A DNA stretch of 64,000 nucleotides, taken from a virus. Lineage: Duplodnaviria > Caudoviricetes. The DNA lies in IMG/VR virus record IMGVR_UViG_3300010355_000898, positions 128,001 to 192,000 of that record; one strand, given 5' to 3'. Shown here one piece after another: positions 1 to 9,343 of the stretch. The position numbers were made by a program, and so were the translations under genes. Under the pieces are notes generated by a model, which made no database searches, had not been told where the DNA came from, and saw only the letters and a list, made by a program, of their open reading frames with translations. The first letter of the stretch is position 1; each line of letters begins with the position of its first letter.

Positions 1-77
1 ACAAATTTTCACCCGTGAACAGAAAAAATTGTTTTTTGTTGAGTGAAAACCACAAAAAACCATGGTATTATAAGATC

Positions 78-542
78 ATGATGGCAAATCAGAGTGGCGC
101 AATTCAGGGACTCATTCAGAAGCTCGATCTCTTGCGAGATTTGCAAATCTATGATGTAAGGACAAATCTCAAGGATTACCTTACAGACAATGATGTCCAT
201 GTGGACCTCAACCATCCAATGGCATATGGTGAAAAGATTGTGCTTGAATGTCTCCTTGATTTGCTCAGTGTTTGCCGTGACATGTTTGAGGAAGAAATTG
301 GTGCAATTGTGCGTTTTCGTTCTCAAACGAATTTTGTCAACAATTTTGGCCAAGAATTGGCATACAAATTCACCAGCGCAAAGTGTGAAATGCTTTCACA
401 AACCATTAATCACGTATCAAAGATGATCAAGCTCATTCCTGAAACCAATGAATCCTTTGGGGAAGAGAAGGTTTGCACTCAGAAGGGTTCTTGTGTGAAC
501 TCTTGTGTTCCCACCCGAATTGTTGGAGTTTTCATCATTTGA
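78..542 (+). CDS. hypothetical protein, leaderless start
   Basis: ORF 15..542; GTGAAA(43)-N17-TATTAT(66)-N6-ATG(78) supports start at 78. Confidence 0.75.
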   Translation: MMANQSGAIQGLIQKLDLLRDLQIYDVRTNLKDYLTDNDVHVDLNHPMAYGEKIVLECLLDLLSVCRDMFEEEIGAIVRFRSQTNFVNNFGQELAYKFTSAKCEMLSQTINHVSKMIKLIPETNESFGEEKVCTQKGSCVNSCVPTRIVGVFII

Positions 543-635
543 AAAAGTTCTTGAGACTGTGAAAATGGTCTCCTGTTAGTTTAGAGTTGAACAAGATAGC
601 GACAGAGTCGCACTGAAGGTAAAAGGAAAAACAGT

Positions 636-1289
636 ATGTCCACGAAGTCGAAGATTGATGCTGCAATTGCAGCTGCACAGAGTGCAAAGCGTGATGAGAA
701 GGAGAAGCCTGTGAAGGAGCGGGTTCAGAAGCCCAAGGGAACTGGGCGGGTGAAGCTCACTGATGAGGAGCGCGCTGAGCGCAAGCAGAAGCTTGAGTCT
801 GAACGTGCAGAGAGGAAGCAGAAGCGAGATCAGGAGCGTGCAGAGAAGCAGGCCAAGAAGGCTGCCGAGCGCCCTTCTGCTCACATGAAGAAGATTCAGA
901 AGGCTTTTGCTGCACTTCCCAAGCTCTCTGAGGATGCCCTCACTGAGTTCAATACGATCACTGCGACCCTCACAGCAGACCAGATTGGTGCGCTGGCTCA
1001 GCACTTGCTCCACTTCAACAGGGTGAATGCCACTGAGCGTGCTCGTGATGTGAAGATTGAGGTTGGTGACACTGTCAAGATTGTTGGCGGTGACGCAAGG
1101 TGGGTTGGCAAGGTTGGCACTGTTGATCAGGCCGCAAAGATCAGGTGCTTTGTCAACTTTGAGATCGAGAACAGCAAGGGTGAGCTGGTGAACAAGCGTG
1201 TGTATCTCTTCACCTCTGATGTTGAGAAGGTTGAGAGCCGTGAGGATGAGGTCACTGAGACCTCTGAGGCAACCGGCACAGACGAGTGA
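636..1289 (+). CDS. basic coiled-coil protein with C-terminal KOW-like motif
   Basis: AAGGA SD; Lys/Arg/Glu-rich N-half; IEVGDTVKIVGGDARWVGKVGTV resembles KOW. Confidence 0.8.
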   Translation: MSTKSKIDAAIAAAQSAKRDEKEKPVKERVQKPKGTGRVKLTDEERAERKQKLESERAERKQKRDQERAEKQAKKAAERPSAHMKKIQKAFAALPKLSEDALTEFNTITATLTADQIGALAQHLLHFNRVNATERARDVKIEVGDTVKIVGGDARWVGKVGTVDQAAKIRCFVNFEIENSKGELVNKRVYLFTSDVEKVESREDEVTETSEATGTDE

Positions 1290-1450
1290 TCCAATTCCCA
1301 ATTTGGGTCACATTGAATACTGAGTGAGAGTTTGAACCATCTCCTGATGATGAAATCAGGATCAATTCATTACAAGAATTGATCAAAAACTGATCTAATA
1401 TATAGTTAGTTGAACGGTGCAATCAGGATGCCCAAGTAAACATGTTCGCT

Positions 1451-1485
1451 ATAAATTGATAAATATAAATTGATAAATTGATATG
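1451..1485. repeat. AT-rich tandem ATAAATTG repeat
   Basis: ataaattgataaatataaattgataaattgatat in intergenic DNA. Confidence 0.6.
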
Positions 1486-1544
1486 TTGATGGCCTGTTCA
1501 AGTGTATTGAATGGGCCATCAGTTTTTGGAAAGGACGTTAAAGA

Positions 1545-1841
1545 GTGTTCACAGATTGGGTCAATGGTAAGGTTACATTTTGGGGTTGGATGTGGAATTG
1601 GTATTGCAGTGTTTGGTCATTGCCACACTCAGGATTTGAAACCATTGTTTGGATTGCATGGTTGCTCCTGCACCTCACAATCTTATCTCTGATCTCAATC
1701 ATGTTCTTGGCAGCAAAAGAGTATGGAATCATTGCCGCGATTGCACTCATTGTTCTTGGGATTGTTGCACTCACACTTGGACCAATTTGGGCATTCACTC
1801 TGCTGGGACTTTGCACCCTTGGCACAACATTTTTGCGGTGA
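1545..1841 (+). CDS. small multi-pass membrane protein
   Basis: Trp-rich and hydrophobic; AAGGA SD. Confidence 0.7.
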   Translation: MFTDWVNGKVTFWGWMWNWYCSVWSLPHSGFETIVWIAWLLLHLTILSLISIMFLAAKEYGIIAAIALIVLGIVALTLGPIWAFTLLGLCTLGTTFLR

Positions 1842-1875
1842 AAAGTTTGTGAATGGATGATAGGATCAGATCAGG

Positions 1876-2067
1876 ATGGAAAACATATTGCATCCAGGAA
1901 CACCATGCATCGTCTGGTTCAACAGCGGTGCAACGCTTGATGCAGTTGTCATCCATGCAACAGAGAATCTTGTTGTTGTGAAGTTGGATGGCGGCGTAAG
2001 AATGTCATTCAGCAGAGAAACATGGCGTGATGGTACTCTGAGTGCACAACTCCAATTTGTGAACTGA
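1876..2067 (+). CDS. small beta-rich hypothetical protein
   Basis: promoter GTGAAA(1838)-N17-TAGGAT(1861) directly upstream. Confidence 0.7.
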   Translation: MENILHPGTPCIVWFNSGATLDAVVIHATENLVVVKLDGGVRMSFSRETWRDGTLSAQLQFVN

Positions 2068-2068
2068 C

Positions 2069-2191
2069 ATGGCAAAGTTCAGGAATCCATTTGTTGTTGG
2101 CATGATCCTCACCAAGAGGCACAGGGTTATGAAGGATCGCAGACAGCGCAGATGCAAGGAACGCAAGGATCCAATGCAGGATGGATGGTGA
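2069..2191 (+). CDS. 40-aa basic peptide MAKFRNPFVVGMILTKRHRVMKDRRQRRCKERKDPMQDGW
   Basis: starts 1 nt after the upstream stop; below ORF-track cutoff. Confidence 0.55.
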   Translation: MAKFRNPFVVGMILTKRHRVMKDRRQRRCKERKDPMQDGW

Positions 2192-2349
2192 TCTGTGAGC
2201 AGATATTTGAGGACAGCAATTGCAATCAAACGTCTAACCAGACTGAAACTGACAGTTTGGGGAAGTGCAGACAGCAACCTGACTTTTCTTAAATAGGGTG
2301 CTCACCGATGACAGTGCAAACTGTCACCAGTGTGTGTTATCATAACAGT

Positions 2350-3402
2350 ATGTTCAAAACAGTTCACACTTCAAAAGGTTTGGATCACCTATTCAAGAGC
2401 AGCGCAGTCAAGGGAACAGTGTTGGAGCCGATCATCAGTGTCGCATTGAAAATGGGTAGTTTTCTTGCTGGTGGTTTGGCACGAAATATTTGGCTGAACT
2501 ATGATTACCCAATTGATGATCGTATTGCTGTCGCCAAGAAGTATCGCAATGCTGCTAATGTTGAATTGCACAAAGCTCTGAGCAAATACAGATCACGGTG
2601 GGACTCTACTCCTGAATATTACAGGACTCACTTCAGCGCATACAGAAAAGTGTTGCGTGAAAATCCTGTCAGCATTAGGACAATTTTTGGTGTCAGGCCT
2701 GTTGACTTCTATTTGGGATACTATGGCTATTGCAGTCATATGGCAGGTGATGTTGACATCTTCTTTCCTGATGCCAACGTTGCAAAAGTTTTCTTGAATG
2801 ATGTCAAGACTTGGACAGTTCCGGTGAAAGTAACTGATACCCCTTCCGGGGCAGCAACAGAGCTTGTGTACAAGCCATGGCAGTCAAATCAGTCTGTGAA
2901 AGTTCAGGTTGTGTCAGGTTGTGCAGGGTCTCCTGAGGAGGTGATGAGTCAATTTGATCTGACCAACAGCATGGTTGCATACACCAGTGATCGTCTCATC
3001 CTGAATGAAAAGTGCCCTCCCCTTGAGGAGGGAAGAGAACTGCACGTTGACCATGTGACTCAGTATACCCTCAGCAGGGCAATGAAATATATTCAACGGG
3101 AACGTTTCAAACATGTTGGATATGAATCCCTCCAATTGTTGAAGGGTGAACTGCCAGAATATCTTGACAGAATTCGTGAGGATGTCCCCAAAAAGAAGGA
3201 CAAATACTACAATTTTCGCAGAGAAACAAATTTGCGAACTGTGAAACAGTTCCTCGCAATGCTCAATGGAAGAGCGCAATCAGCAGAGGAATTGATTGAC
3301 ATCTCAGCAACATGGCCAGGAGATCTCTTGGTGTATGATGCAGCTTTTGGTCTTATGCACAGGAAGTTTGGAGTTGGAGGATTTGCAAATGGAAAACAGT
3401 GA
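2350..3402 (+). CDS. nucleotidyltransferase (CCA-adding/poly(A) polymerase head-like)
   Basis: FLAGGLARN, AGDVDIFF, SQFDLTNSMVA motifs; leaderless promoter GTGCAA(2314)-N18-TATCAT-N6-ATG. Confidence 0.75.
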   Translation: MFKTVHTSKGLDHLFKSSAVKGTVLEPIISVALKMGSFLAGGLARNIWLNYDYPIDDRIAVAKKYRNAANVELHKALSKYRSRWDSTPEYYRTHFSAYRKVLRENPVSIRTIFGVRPVDFYLGYYGYCSHMAGDVDIFFPDANVAKVFLNDVKTWTVPVKVTDTPSGAATELVYKPWQSNQSVKVQVVSGCAGSPEEVMSQFDLTNSMVAYTSDRLILNEKCPPLEEGRELHVDHVTQYTLSRAMKYIQRERFKHVGYESLQLLKGELPEYLDRIREDVPKKKDKYYNFRRETNLRTVKQFLAMLNGRAQSAEELIDISATWPGDLLVYDAAFGLMHRKFGVGGFANGKQ

Positions 3403-3691
3403 AGAGGAATTGAAGGATTTTGGGTTGGACAACTTTGAGATCAATGCTGTTGCAATTGCATCCACAATCCTGAATGGTGACATTGATGGCAGCAGAGCAC
3501 ATATTGAAGACATCAAGCGACTGAAGGATATTTTTGCACTGATTCATGAAAAGAGGTTGCAACAGAACGCTGCCAAAACAGTGGACAAAGTTGACAATAG
3601 TGGTGAAAAGTCTCCCGTTGGCTTCAATGTCAAGTATAAGAGGATTCGTCCTGATTGGATGCGGGTTATTGAGGGCAGAAGACCTTGGTGA
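3389..3691 (+). CDS. hypothetical protein
   Basis: GGAGG SD; overlaps upstream stop. Confidence 0.65.
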   Translation: MENSEEELKDFGLDNFEINAVAIASTILNGDIDGSRAHIEDIKRLKDIFALIHEKRLQQNAAKTVDKVDNSGEKSPVGFNVKYKRIRPDWMRVIEGRRPW

Positions 3692-4091
3692 TCGGTTCCT
3701 CATCCCCAAGACCCTCAGGATGGGTTCCTGCGTTGTGAGTGATGGTCAACCAATCATTTGCTGAAAGCCCACCAGAGGGCATTCTGGAACTGTTTGACTG
3801 AATGTTATGAATGTGTGAAAAGTCTGTGAGGTCATGATATAGTGGTCATACAAGGTTGGAAAAACCTGGTGTAAACAGTAACCTTCAACAACAAGAATAC
3901 AATCTGATACTGTGACTGACGTGGGTTGCCCCCACTGTGAATTAAAATGTACACCTGAGCATGTGTCTAAACTGCGGCGTGTATTTGGTATATTGATTGG
4001 GATTAACGTTCAACTGGATGAAATCTGATGATTCGTGATGGGCCGTGAACATATGGACACCTGGGAAAGTGTATAAACGACCCAACGATTT

Positions 4092-4167
4092 GGGACTATA
4101 GCTCAGTTGGTAGAGCTGCGGGCTTTTAACCCGTAGGTCGAGGGTTCAAGTCCCTCTGGTCCCACCA
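4092..4167 (+). tRNA. tRNA-Lys(TTT)
   Basis: canonical cloverleaf; gcggg-ct TTT aa-cccgt; CCA. Confidence 0.97.
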
Positions 4168-4293
4168 ACCAAAGATGTACAGTATACATGTACTCCTTTG
4201 GAAAGCTTTGAGTTGTGGTCAACCCAGAACGCCGTAGGTTCACGGAAGGGTTCGATTCCCTTGAAAAGCCCAAATAGTAGGAAAGAATTGAGA

Positions 4294-4497
4294 ATGCAAC
4301 TGTTCATCACATACAGCGCAATTGCGTTCCTTGCGATTGCAAACATTTGTGGATTGACAAAAACTGTGATCAATTTCAAGAAGGATCGCCTGTTCAATGA
4401 CAGCCAATTGCTCAATGTTGGGTATGAGGTTTCACTAATTGTGGGTGCATTGCTCACTGTTGCATCAGTGGCCATCCTGGTGATTGGAGCATTCTGA
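4294..4497 (+). CDS. small two-TM membrane protein
   Basis: two hydrophobic segments; AGGA upstream. Confidence 0.65.
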   Translation: MQLFITYSAIAFLAIANICGLTKTVINFKKDRLFNDSQLLNVGYEVSLIVGALLTVASVAILVIGAF

Positions 4498-4787
4498 TGA
4501 AAATCAGCACAGCATTGGTCATCATGTTGGCATCTGTGTTGACCATCGCTGTGTGCAGTGGGATCATTGTGCTGATTGGTGTTGAGAACATTGCAGACAA
4601 GATTGGGGATGATGCAGGCACTGTCAAATCTGTCATCATCCCTGAAGTCAATTGTGTTCTCAAGAGAGCAGACATGAGGAACAGAGCAGAGGATGGGTGC
4701 AGGGATGATACGGGTGTTCTGAGGGGCGCATGTGTTGACAGAGAGTTTGCAAGGATTGATGCTGAATTGAATTGTGAAGGACAGTGA
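4497..4787 (+). CDS. membrane-anchored hypothetical protein
   Basis: N-terminal hydrophobic helix; TGATG coupling. Confidence 0.65.
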   Translation: MKISTALVIMLASVLTIAVCSGIIVLIGVENIADKIGDDAGTVKSVIIPEVNCVLKRADMRNRAEDGCRDDTGVLRGACVDREFARIDAELNCEGQ

Positions 4788-5023
4788 TGCTGAAACGAAA
4801 AGAGATTGAGAAGTCATTGACACATGAACAGAGATCAACAATTCCTGTTGATCTGTTGCAGTGTGCAGAAGGGTGTGCAGACCAGTTCAAAGTGTGGACA
4901 GATGACAACTGTCCACTGAACAGTGAATTGAGGAAGGAAGCAATCAGGTTGTTGAAGATTGTGAAAAGGTTCAGGACTGTTGCAGAATCTGTCAAGAACA
5001 GAGCAGTGAATAGTCAGGCATGA
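4787..5023 (+). CDS. hypothetical protein
   Basis: TGATG coupling; AAGGA SD. Confidence 0.65.
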   Translation: MLKRKEIEKSLTHEQRSTIPVDLLQCAEGCADQFKVWTDDNCPLNSELRKEAIRLLKIVKRFRTVAESVKNRAVNSQA

Positions 5024-5042
5024 CCTGTTACAATCAGAACAT

Positions 5043-5291
5043 ATGGCGAGGACTGACAGATCTCTACGTCGTGGCGGTTCTGATTGGCAGCCCAAATGGG
5101 CTGAGCCAACGCAATGGCATCGTGGCACTCAATGGTGGCGTTGGATGTACGTCAGCGCTGAGATATTGGAAGGTCCCATGAAAGGATATTGCACAGTCAG
5201 CACTCAGAGTGCAAAGCGTGCAGCGAAGCGTTCAATGGCAAAGTGGGTGCGAAGGCAGGCTCGCAAAGAGATTGCATTGTGTGATCAGTGA
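5043..5291 (+). CDS. small basic Arg/Trp-rich protein
   Basis: promoter GTGAAT(5006)-N17-TACAAT; AKRAAKRSMAKWVRRQARKE. Confidence 0.7.
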   Translation: MARTDRSLRRGGSDWQPKWAEPTQWHRGTQWWRWMYVSAEILEGPMKGYCTVSTQSAKRAAKRSMAKWVRRQARKEIALCDQ

Positions 5292-5572
5292 TGATATTTG
5301 ATAGGTGTAATATTGTCCCACAAGTCTGTGGTGAACGTGTTCTGCAATTGTGGGAAAATGGTGAAGCCTGTTTTCTCAAGGCAATCCTTGAAACAGAATG
5401 GGTAGAACTTCAAGGAAAGATTCAGAATGTTGACAGATTGATGTGGGTTCTGCATAGGATTGGTGGACCCGCTGTCATCTCATCTGCGGGACAACACTTT
5501 TACTATCTTGATGATCTTGAGTATGATAGGATGTGTTACCAACACATGTTGGAAGAACTGGGTATCATATGA
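5288..5572 (+). CDS. HRxxGPA-motif protein
   Basis: LHRIGGPAVI. Confidence 0.7.
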   Translation: MMIFDRCNIVPQVCGERVLQLWENGEACFLKAILETEWVELQGKIQNVDRLMWVLHRIGGPAVISSAGQHFYYLDDLEYDRMCYQHMLEELGII

Positions 5573-5765
5573 CACAAGAACAGTTCAGGAATATTGGCAA
5601 AATCCTTAATGAGAGGCGCCAAGACAGATGGCTCTATCCTGAATGGGGCATCCATATTGACAGAGTTGTATTGAAAATCCACAATAGTGGATATGCAACA
5701 AGATCATTGATCAACAAGAGTAGAGGACACAAGAACATTACTCAGTTTTAAACGTCTAAACACTG

Positions 5766-5972
5766 ATGACTCGTAAACAATATGAACGTATCCATCACAT
5801 CCTGCACACAATGAGGCCAGCAGATGGTAAGGGATGTGCTTGTTATGGTATGGGTCCACAATACAGAACTTCTAAAAAGTACAAAATACGGGTGAGGTTG
5901 TCTGGTATTACAAACATTGCTCGTACTGATCAGTATGGAATTACATGGGTGAGTGAATATCCTCACAATTGA
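5766..5972 (+). CDS. hypothetical protein, paralogue of 5569..5751
   Basis: MTRKQYERIHHIL versus MTQEQFRNIGKIL. Confidence 0.6.
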   Translation: MTRKQYERIHHILHTMRPADGKGCACYGMGPQYRTSKKYKIRVRLSGITNIARTDQYGITWVSEYPHN

Positions 5973-5987
5973 TGGTAAGATCAGTAT

Positions 5988-6446
5988 ATGATCAGCGATG
6001 TATATGGTGTTTGTGTTCTCATTGTCAAGAATGGAACAGATAAAATCCTTGGTGTGACAAGGAAGAATGATCACAATGATTGGGGTCTTCCTGGCGGGAA
6101 GGTTGAGCTGGGAGAGGACCCAAAGATTGCAGCCACAAGAGAACTCAAGGAAGAGACCGGATTGACAATTGATCCAGGGCTCTTGCTACCGTTGTACAGT
6201 GCATATGCTCAGAATCCTGCTCATCCAGGTGTATGGCGGAGGGTTGTCACATACGGCGCAAGTTTTGAATCCTGCACTGGTGAAATGTACAGTGATGGCA
6301 CAATCCCAGAAGGCGAAGGATTGGTTGGATGGATTGAATGGGATGACATTCTGAAGGGTTCTTTTGGCGATTACAATGCTGGCGTTCAGTTGACATACAA
6401 TTGTGTTGTTGAAGCTGTCAATGCAACTGTTGACCTTTTGGGTTGA
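5988..6446 (+). CDS. NUDIX hydrolase
   Basis: Nudix box GGKVELGEDPKIAATRELKEETG; leaderless promoter at 5953. Confidence 0.92.
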   Translation: MISDVYGVCVLIVKNGTDKILGVTRKNDHNDWGLPGGKVELGEDPKIAATRELKEETGLTIDPGLLLPLYSAYAQNPAHPGVWRRVVTYGASFESCTGEMYSDGTIPEGEGLVGWIEWDDILKGSFGDYNAGVQLTYNCVVEAVNATVDLLG

Positions 6447-6467
6447 CAGATTGGTGATGTCCACACA

Positions 6468-6830
6468 ATGAAATTGTTGAGAATTTTCACAGATGGTGAT
6501 TCATGCAGTTTTCAATATGACAGGAATGGTTTGAGGCACTGCACAACTGGGCCTGCACAAGTTGAAATAATCAAAGTCAGTGGGCCAAGTGTGCTTGATG
6601 AATGGATTCCTGGATATGTTGTCAACAGAACATATTGGCATCATGGTGTTTGGTGTGTCAACAGGGATGCCGTGCACAGTGCTCATGTTGCTGAACAGAT
6701 GCAAATGTTGGATGCAATGCGAAAATTGGGCAACGCTGAACAGAAGCGATTCTGCAAAGTGGTTGACAAGTTGCACTGCATGATTGAGAGTGTGTTCGAA
6801 CAGAATAGACTCACCCTACCAAATGGTTGA
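6468..6830 (+). CDS. HRxxGPA-motif protein
   Basis: LRHCTTGPAQV...YWHHG. Confidence 0.7.
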   Translation: MKLLRIFTDGDSCSFQYDRNGLRHCTTGPAQVEIIKVSGPSVLDEWIPGYVVNRTYWHHGVWCVNRDAVHSAHVAEQMQMLDAMRKLGNAEQKRFCKVVDKLHCMIESVFEQNRLTLPNG

Positions 6831-6836
6831 ACGCTG

Positions 6837-7103
6837 ATGACTGTGCGAGTTGACAAACTTTCCATTTGGAATTCAGGGCAGTTTGCACTTGACAATCCTG
6901 ATGATGAGAATGATCTGTTTGTACTATCAACTGTGTATAGTGATGGTCGTGAAATGGTGTACAGTGTCAATATGACAACTGATCCACCAAGCTTGGCAGA
7001 TGACCTAATCATAATCATAGGGAGGAGTGAATTCATCCGCCTGTTCAGGTTGTGGAAAAGTTTGGGCCTGATTGTGTGCAATGTTTCCCCAGACAGGATA
7101 TAG
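6837..7103 (+). CDS. hypothetical protein
   Basis: LSIWNSGQFAL N-terminal motif shared with neighbours. Confidence 0.65.
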   Translation: MTVRVDKLSIWNSGQFALDNPDDENDLFVLSTVYSDGREMVYSVNMTTDPPSLADDLIIIIGRSEFIRLFRLWKSLGLIVCNVSPDRI

Positions 7104-7110
7104 TCAAATC

Positions 7111-7413
7111 ATGATCAAGTTGAATCCTGCAACGATCGATCTCATTGCGAAGTACTTCACTGCTGCCAATGTTGGCACCATGCCACAGGATTTGTACATT
7201 GTCTCCTCTGGAAATGTTCCGACACCAGAGAATGATCTGAAGAGGTATTGCACTCTCTACTACACCTTGGCTGAGGACAATCACAACTGTGAAGGAATTT
7301 CACTCCTCAGTGAACTGAGGATGTGGACTCGTGAGGTTTCCAAGAATCCCAAAAAGTGGGTAGAAGAGTTCACCAAGGAATTTGGTGCGGATGCTGTTGA
7401 TCGCATTCAGTGA
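7111..7413 (+). CDS. hypothetical protein, leaderless
   Basis: GTGCAA(7076)-N17-TATAGT-N6-ATG(7111). Confidence 0.7.
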   Translation: MIKLNPATIDLIAKYFTAANVGTMPQDLYIVSSGNVPTPENDLKRYCTLYYTLAEDNHNCEGISLLSELRMWTREVSKNPKKWVEEFTKEFGADAVDRIQ

Positions 7414-7422
7414 GGTGTAAAA

Positions 7423-7642
7423 CCCTGGGTCAAAATCCTGGGTCAACAGAACATCATCATGACCACGAGATCCAATATTAGCAGGGGTGTCCAAGACCAC
7501 AGCGAACTGGATTTGAGTGGGACGGCCAGTGGTAACCAACCCATGGCACTCTCCGTGGGAGATGTTCTGTTGACCCAGGATGGGCTTTCTGTCCTGATGG
7601 ATTGGACCAATTGATGATGTCACAAAGCCCACCCTGGGTCAA
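7423..7642. repeat. nested/competing inverted repeats built on CCTGGGTCAA
   Basis: perfect 21-bp IR 7435-7455/7561-7581; 19-bp IR with 1 mismatch 7570-7588/7624-7642. Confidence 0.85.
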
Positions 7643-7660
7643 TTTGGAGACATCTGCAGT

Positions 7661-7867
7661 ATGCTTTACAGTCGGTTGAAGAACCTTTGCACAAAGTTGG
7701 GAACTGATTGCCCACCTGAAACTGTTCAGATCAGTGAACATCCTGATTTGTTGGGAAGATTGCATGTGGGTGGTTTCAAACTTTGTGTTCATGATGATAG
7801 CCAATTGATACTCTTCAACAGTGATGTGAATCCAAAATACACAGTCTGGGTAAACAGTGGAACGTGA
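7661..7867 (+). CDS. hypothetical protein
   Basis: GGAG SD. Confidence 0.55.
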   Translation: MLYSRLKNLCTKLGTDCPPETVQISEHPDLLGRLHVGGFKLCVHDDSQLILFNSDVNPKYTVWVNSGT

Positions 7868-8171
7868 ACACAGACTAACAATTGACAATAATGGCGGATT
7901 TGCTTTCCGGGGCAAACAGATTGGCCCAAAATCTGGGCCAACTCAGTGTTGGTATGTGAAGCATGACGGTCAGGACATATTCACATTTTTTTGGACAAAT
8001 GATTGTGATAAATTGCACAATCCATATGGGCCGGCAGAGGTCAGAATGATGAGGGATGGTACCATCATACAGGAGCTCTATTGGATCAATGGAAGGAACT
8101 TTGATGAAGAAGAGTTCAACAGAGTTTGTACAAGGTACAGGACAGCTCCACTATGCTCTTGCAATCTCTGA
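7857..8171 (+). CDS. HRxxGPA-motif protein
   Basis: LHNPYGPAEV...YWING. Confidence 0.7.
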   Translation: MEREHRLTIDNNGGFAFRGKQIGPKSGPTQCWYVKHDGQDIFTFFWTNDCDKLHNPYGPAEVRMMRDGTIIQELYWINGRNFDEEEFNRVCTRYRTAPLCSCNL

Positions 8172-8430
8172 AAAGTTGTGTCAGTTCAGCCTCACTGTAA
8201 CGGCACAATGCAGAGGGAGTTTGCAAACACTCAGATTGAAGACAGTGCAAACAGTTCTGAAACGTGATCCATGGCTGCGACCCATATTGCATCGTATGCG
8301 GAGTTTTTACTGTCAGCACAAAGATTGCACACATTCAAATGATGAATGGTGGCAAATGTGGGTTGAATGGTACACTAAGGATTAGTTGTGAATAGTCACC
8401 CACAATGGGATACTATCATTTGAGAGGTTG

Positions 8431-8760
8431 ATGGCAATGCGAGTACTCTGTGTTAACGCTGACAACAATTCTGAACTGTATGAACTTGAATTTGTCAGTT
8501 ATGATGGTGCATATCCCAACCTGTGCAGTGGTACACTCAGGTTGAGACTGAATGGCAAGGTTGTTGTGTTCCCATCACACAGTCTCATGTCTGGAGGTTC
8601 TGTCAGTTTTGATGATGATTGGAGTGAAATTGTTACGGATGGACCTTGGTCCATCACCAAATATCCAGATGATTTTCCTGACAGTTTGCAATTGAGATTG
8701 GCAGTCAACCGGTTAGTGAATGACAACGTTCCCTGTGGCTGTTGTGGTGGGTGTGTTTAG
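8431..8760 (+). CDS. phage hypothetical protein ending CGCCGGCV
   Basis: promoter at 8388; GAGG SD; YDGAYPNLCSG motif. Confidence 0.75.
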   Translation: MAMRVLCVNADNNSELYELEFVSYDGAYPNLCSGTLRLRLNGKVVVFPSHSLMSGGSVSFDDDWSEIVTDGPWSITKYPDDFPDSLQLRLAVNRLVNDNVPCGCCGGCV

Positions 8761-8781
8761 TGAGCCGTGATCTGCCCAAAA

Positions 8782-9002
8782 TGATGTCTGTTGGTGCTGA
8801 TGGCTTCATCAGTTTTTGGGGAATGCACTCAAGACATGTTTGGATCCTGCACAGGTGGGGAGGCCCATCAATCATATCATCTGACAGATTGGGTGCAGAA
8901 TATCATCTGTTTGGTCAACGCTATGGTGAAAAGTATTATTGGGAACAGATCGCAACTTGGGAAGGTGCTGAAAAACAGGAACACACTCAAATTCATGAGT
9001 GA
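8782..9002 (+). CDS. HRxxGPA-motif protein
   Basis: LHRWGGPSII; start uncertain. Confidence 0.6.
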
Positions 9003-9033
9003 AAAGTCCTGTTCTGTGTGGTACAGTCTGATC

Positions 9034-9342
9034 ATGATGAAGGCTGATGTGATCAGAATCCTGATGGCAGTTCTCATGTTTGGCGGGCTTGCAGTGACCG
9101 GCGGGATTGCACGCAGTGAGCAACGTTGCACTGTTCAGTTCTTCAAATCTGAATGCCCCCACGTTGCCCTCAGGAGTGTTCAGACACCAACCATTAATGT
9201 TCCCCGGCTGACTGTGAAAAGGACCAACGTGGGTCATCCTGTGAAGAAGCAGGAGGTCAACAGGGATTGTGGGCTGCAACTCCTGAAGATGGGCCCTCGC
9301 GAGCATGCGAGCGAAGCGCGGTTTGTGATCATTTGCGGGTGA
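9034..9342 (+). CDS. secreted or membrane-anchored protein, leaderless
   Basis: GTGAAA(8999)-N17-TACAGT-N6-ATG; signal-like N-terminus. Confidence 0.7.
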   Translation: MMKADVIRILMAVLMFGGLAVTGGIARSEQRCTVQFFKSECPHVALRSVQTPTINVPRLTVKRTNVGHPVKKQEVNRDCGLQLLKMGPREHASEARFVIICG

Positions 9343-9343
9343 A

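Noticed and set aside
576-1301. 241-aa antisense ORF and similar shadow ORFs (4146-4841, 16857-17159)
   Set aside because: They mirror well-supported genes on the opposite strand
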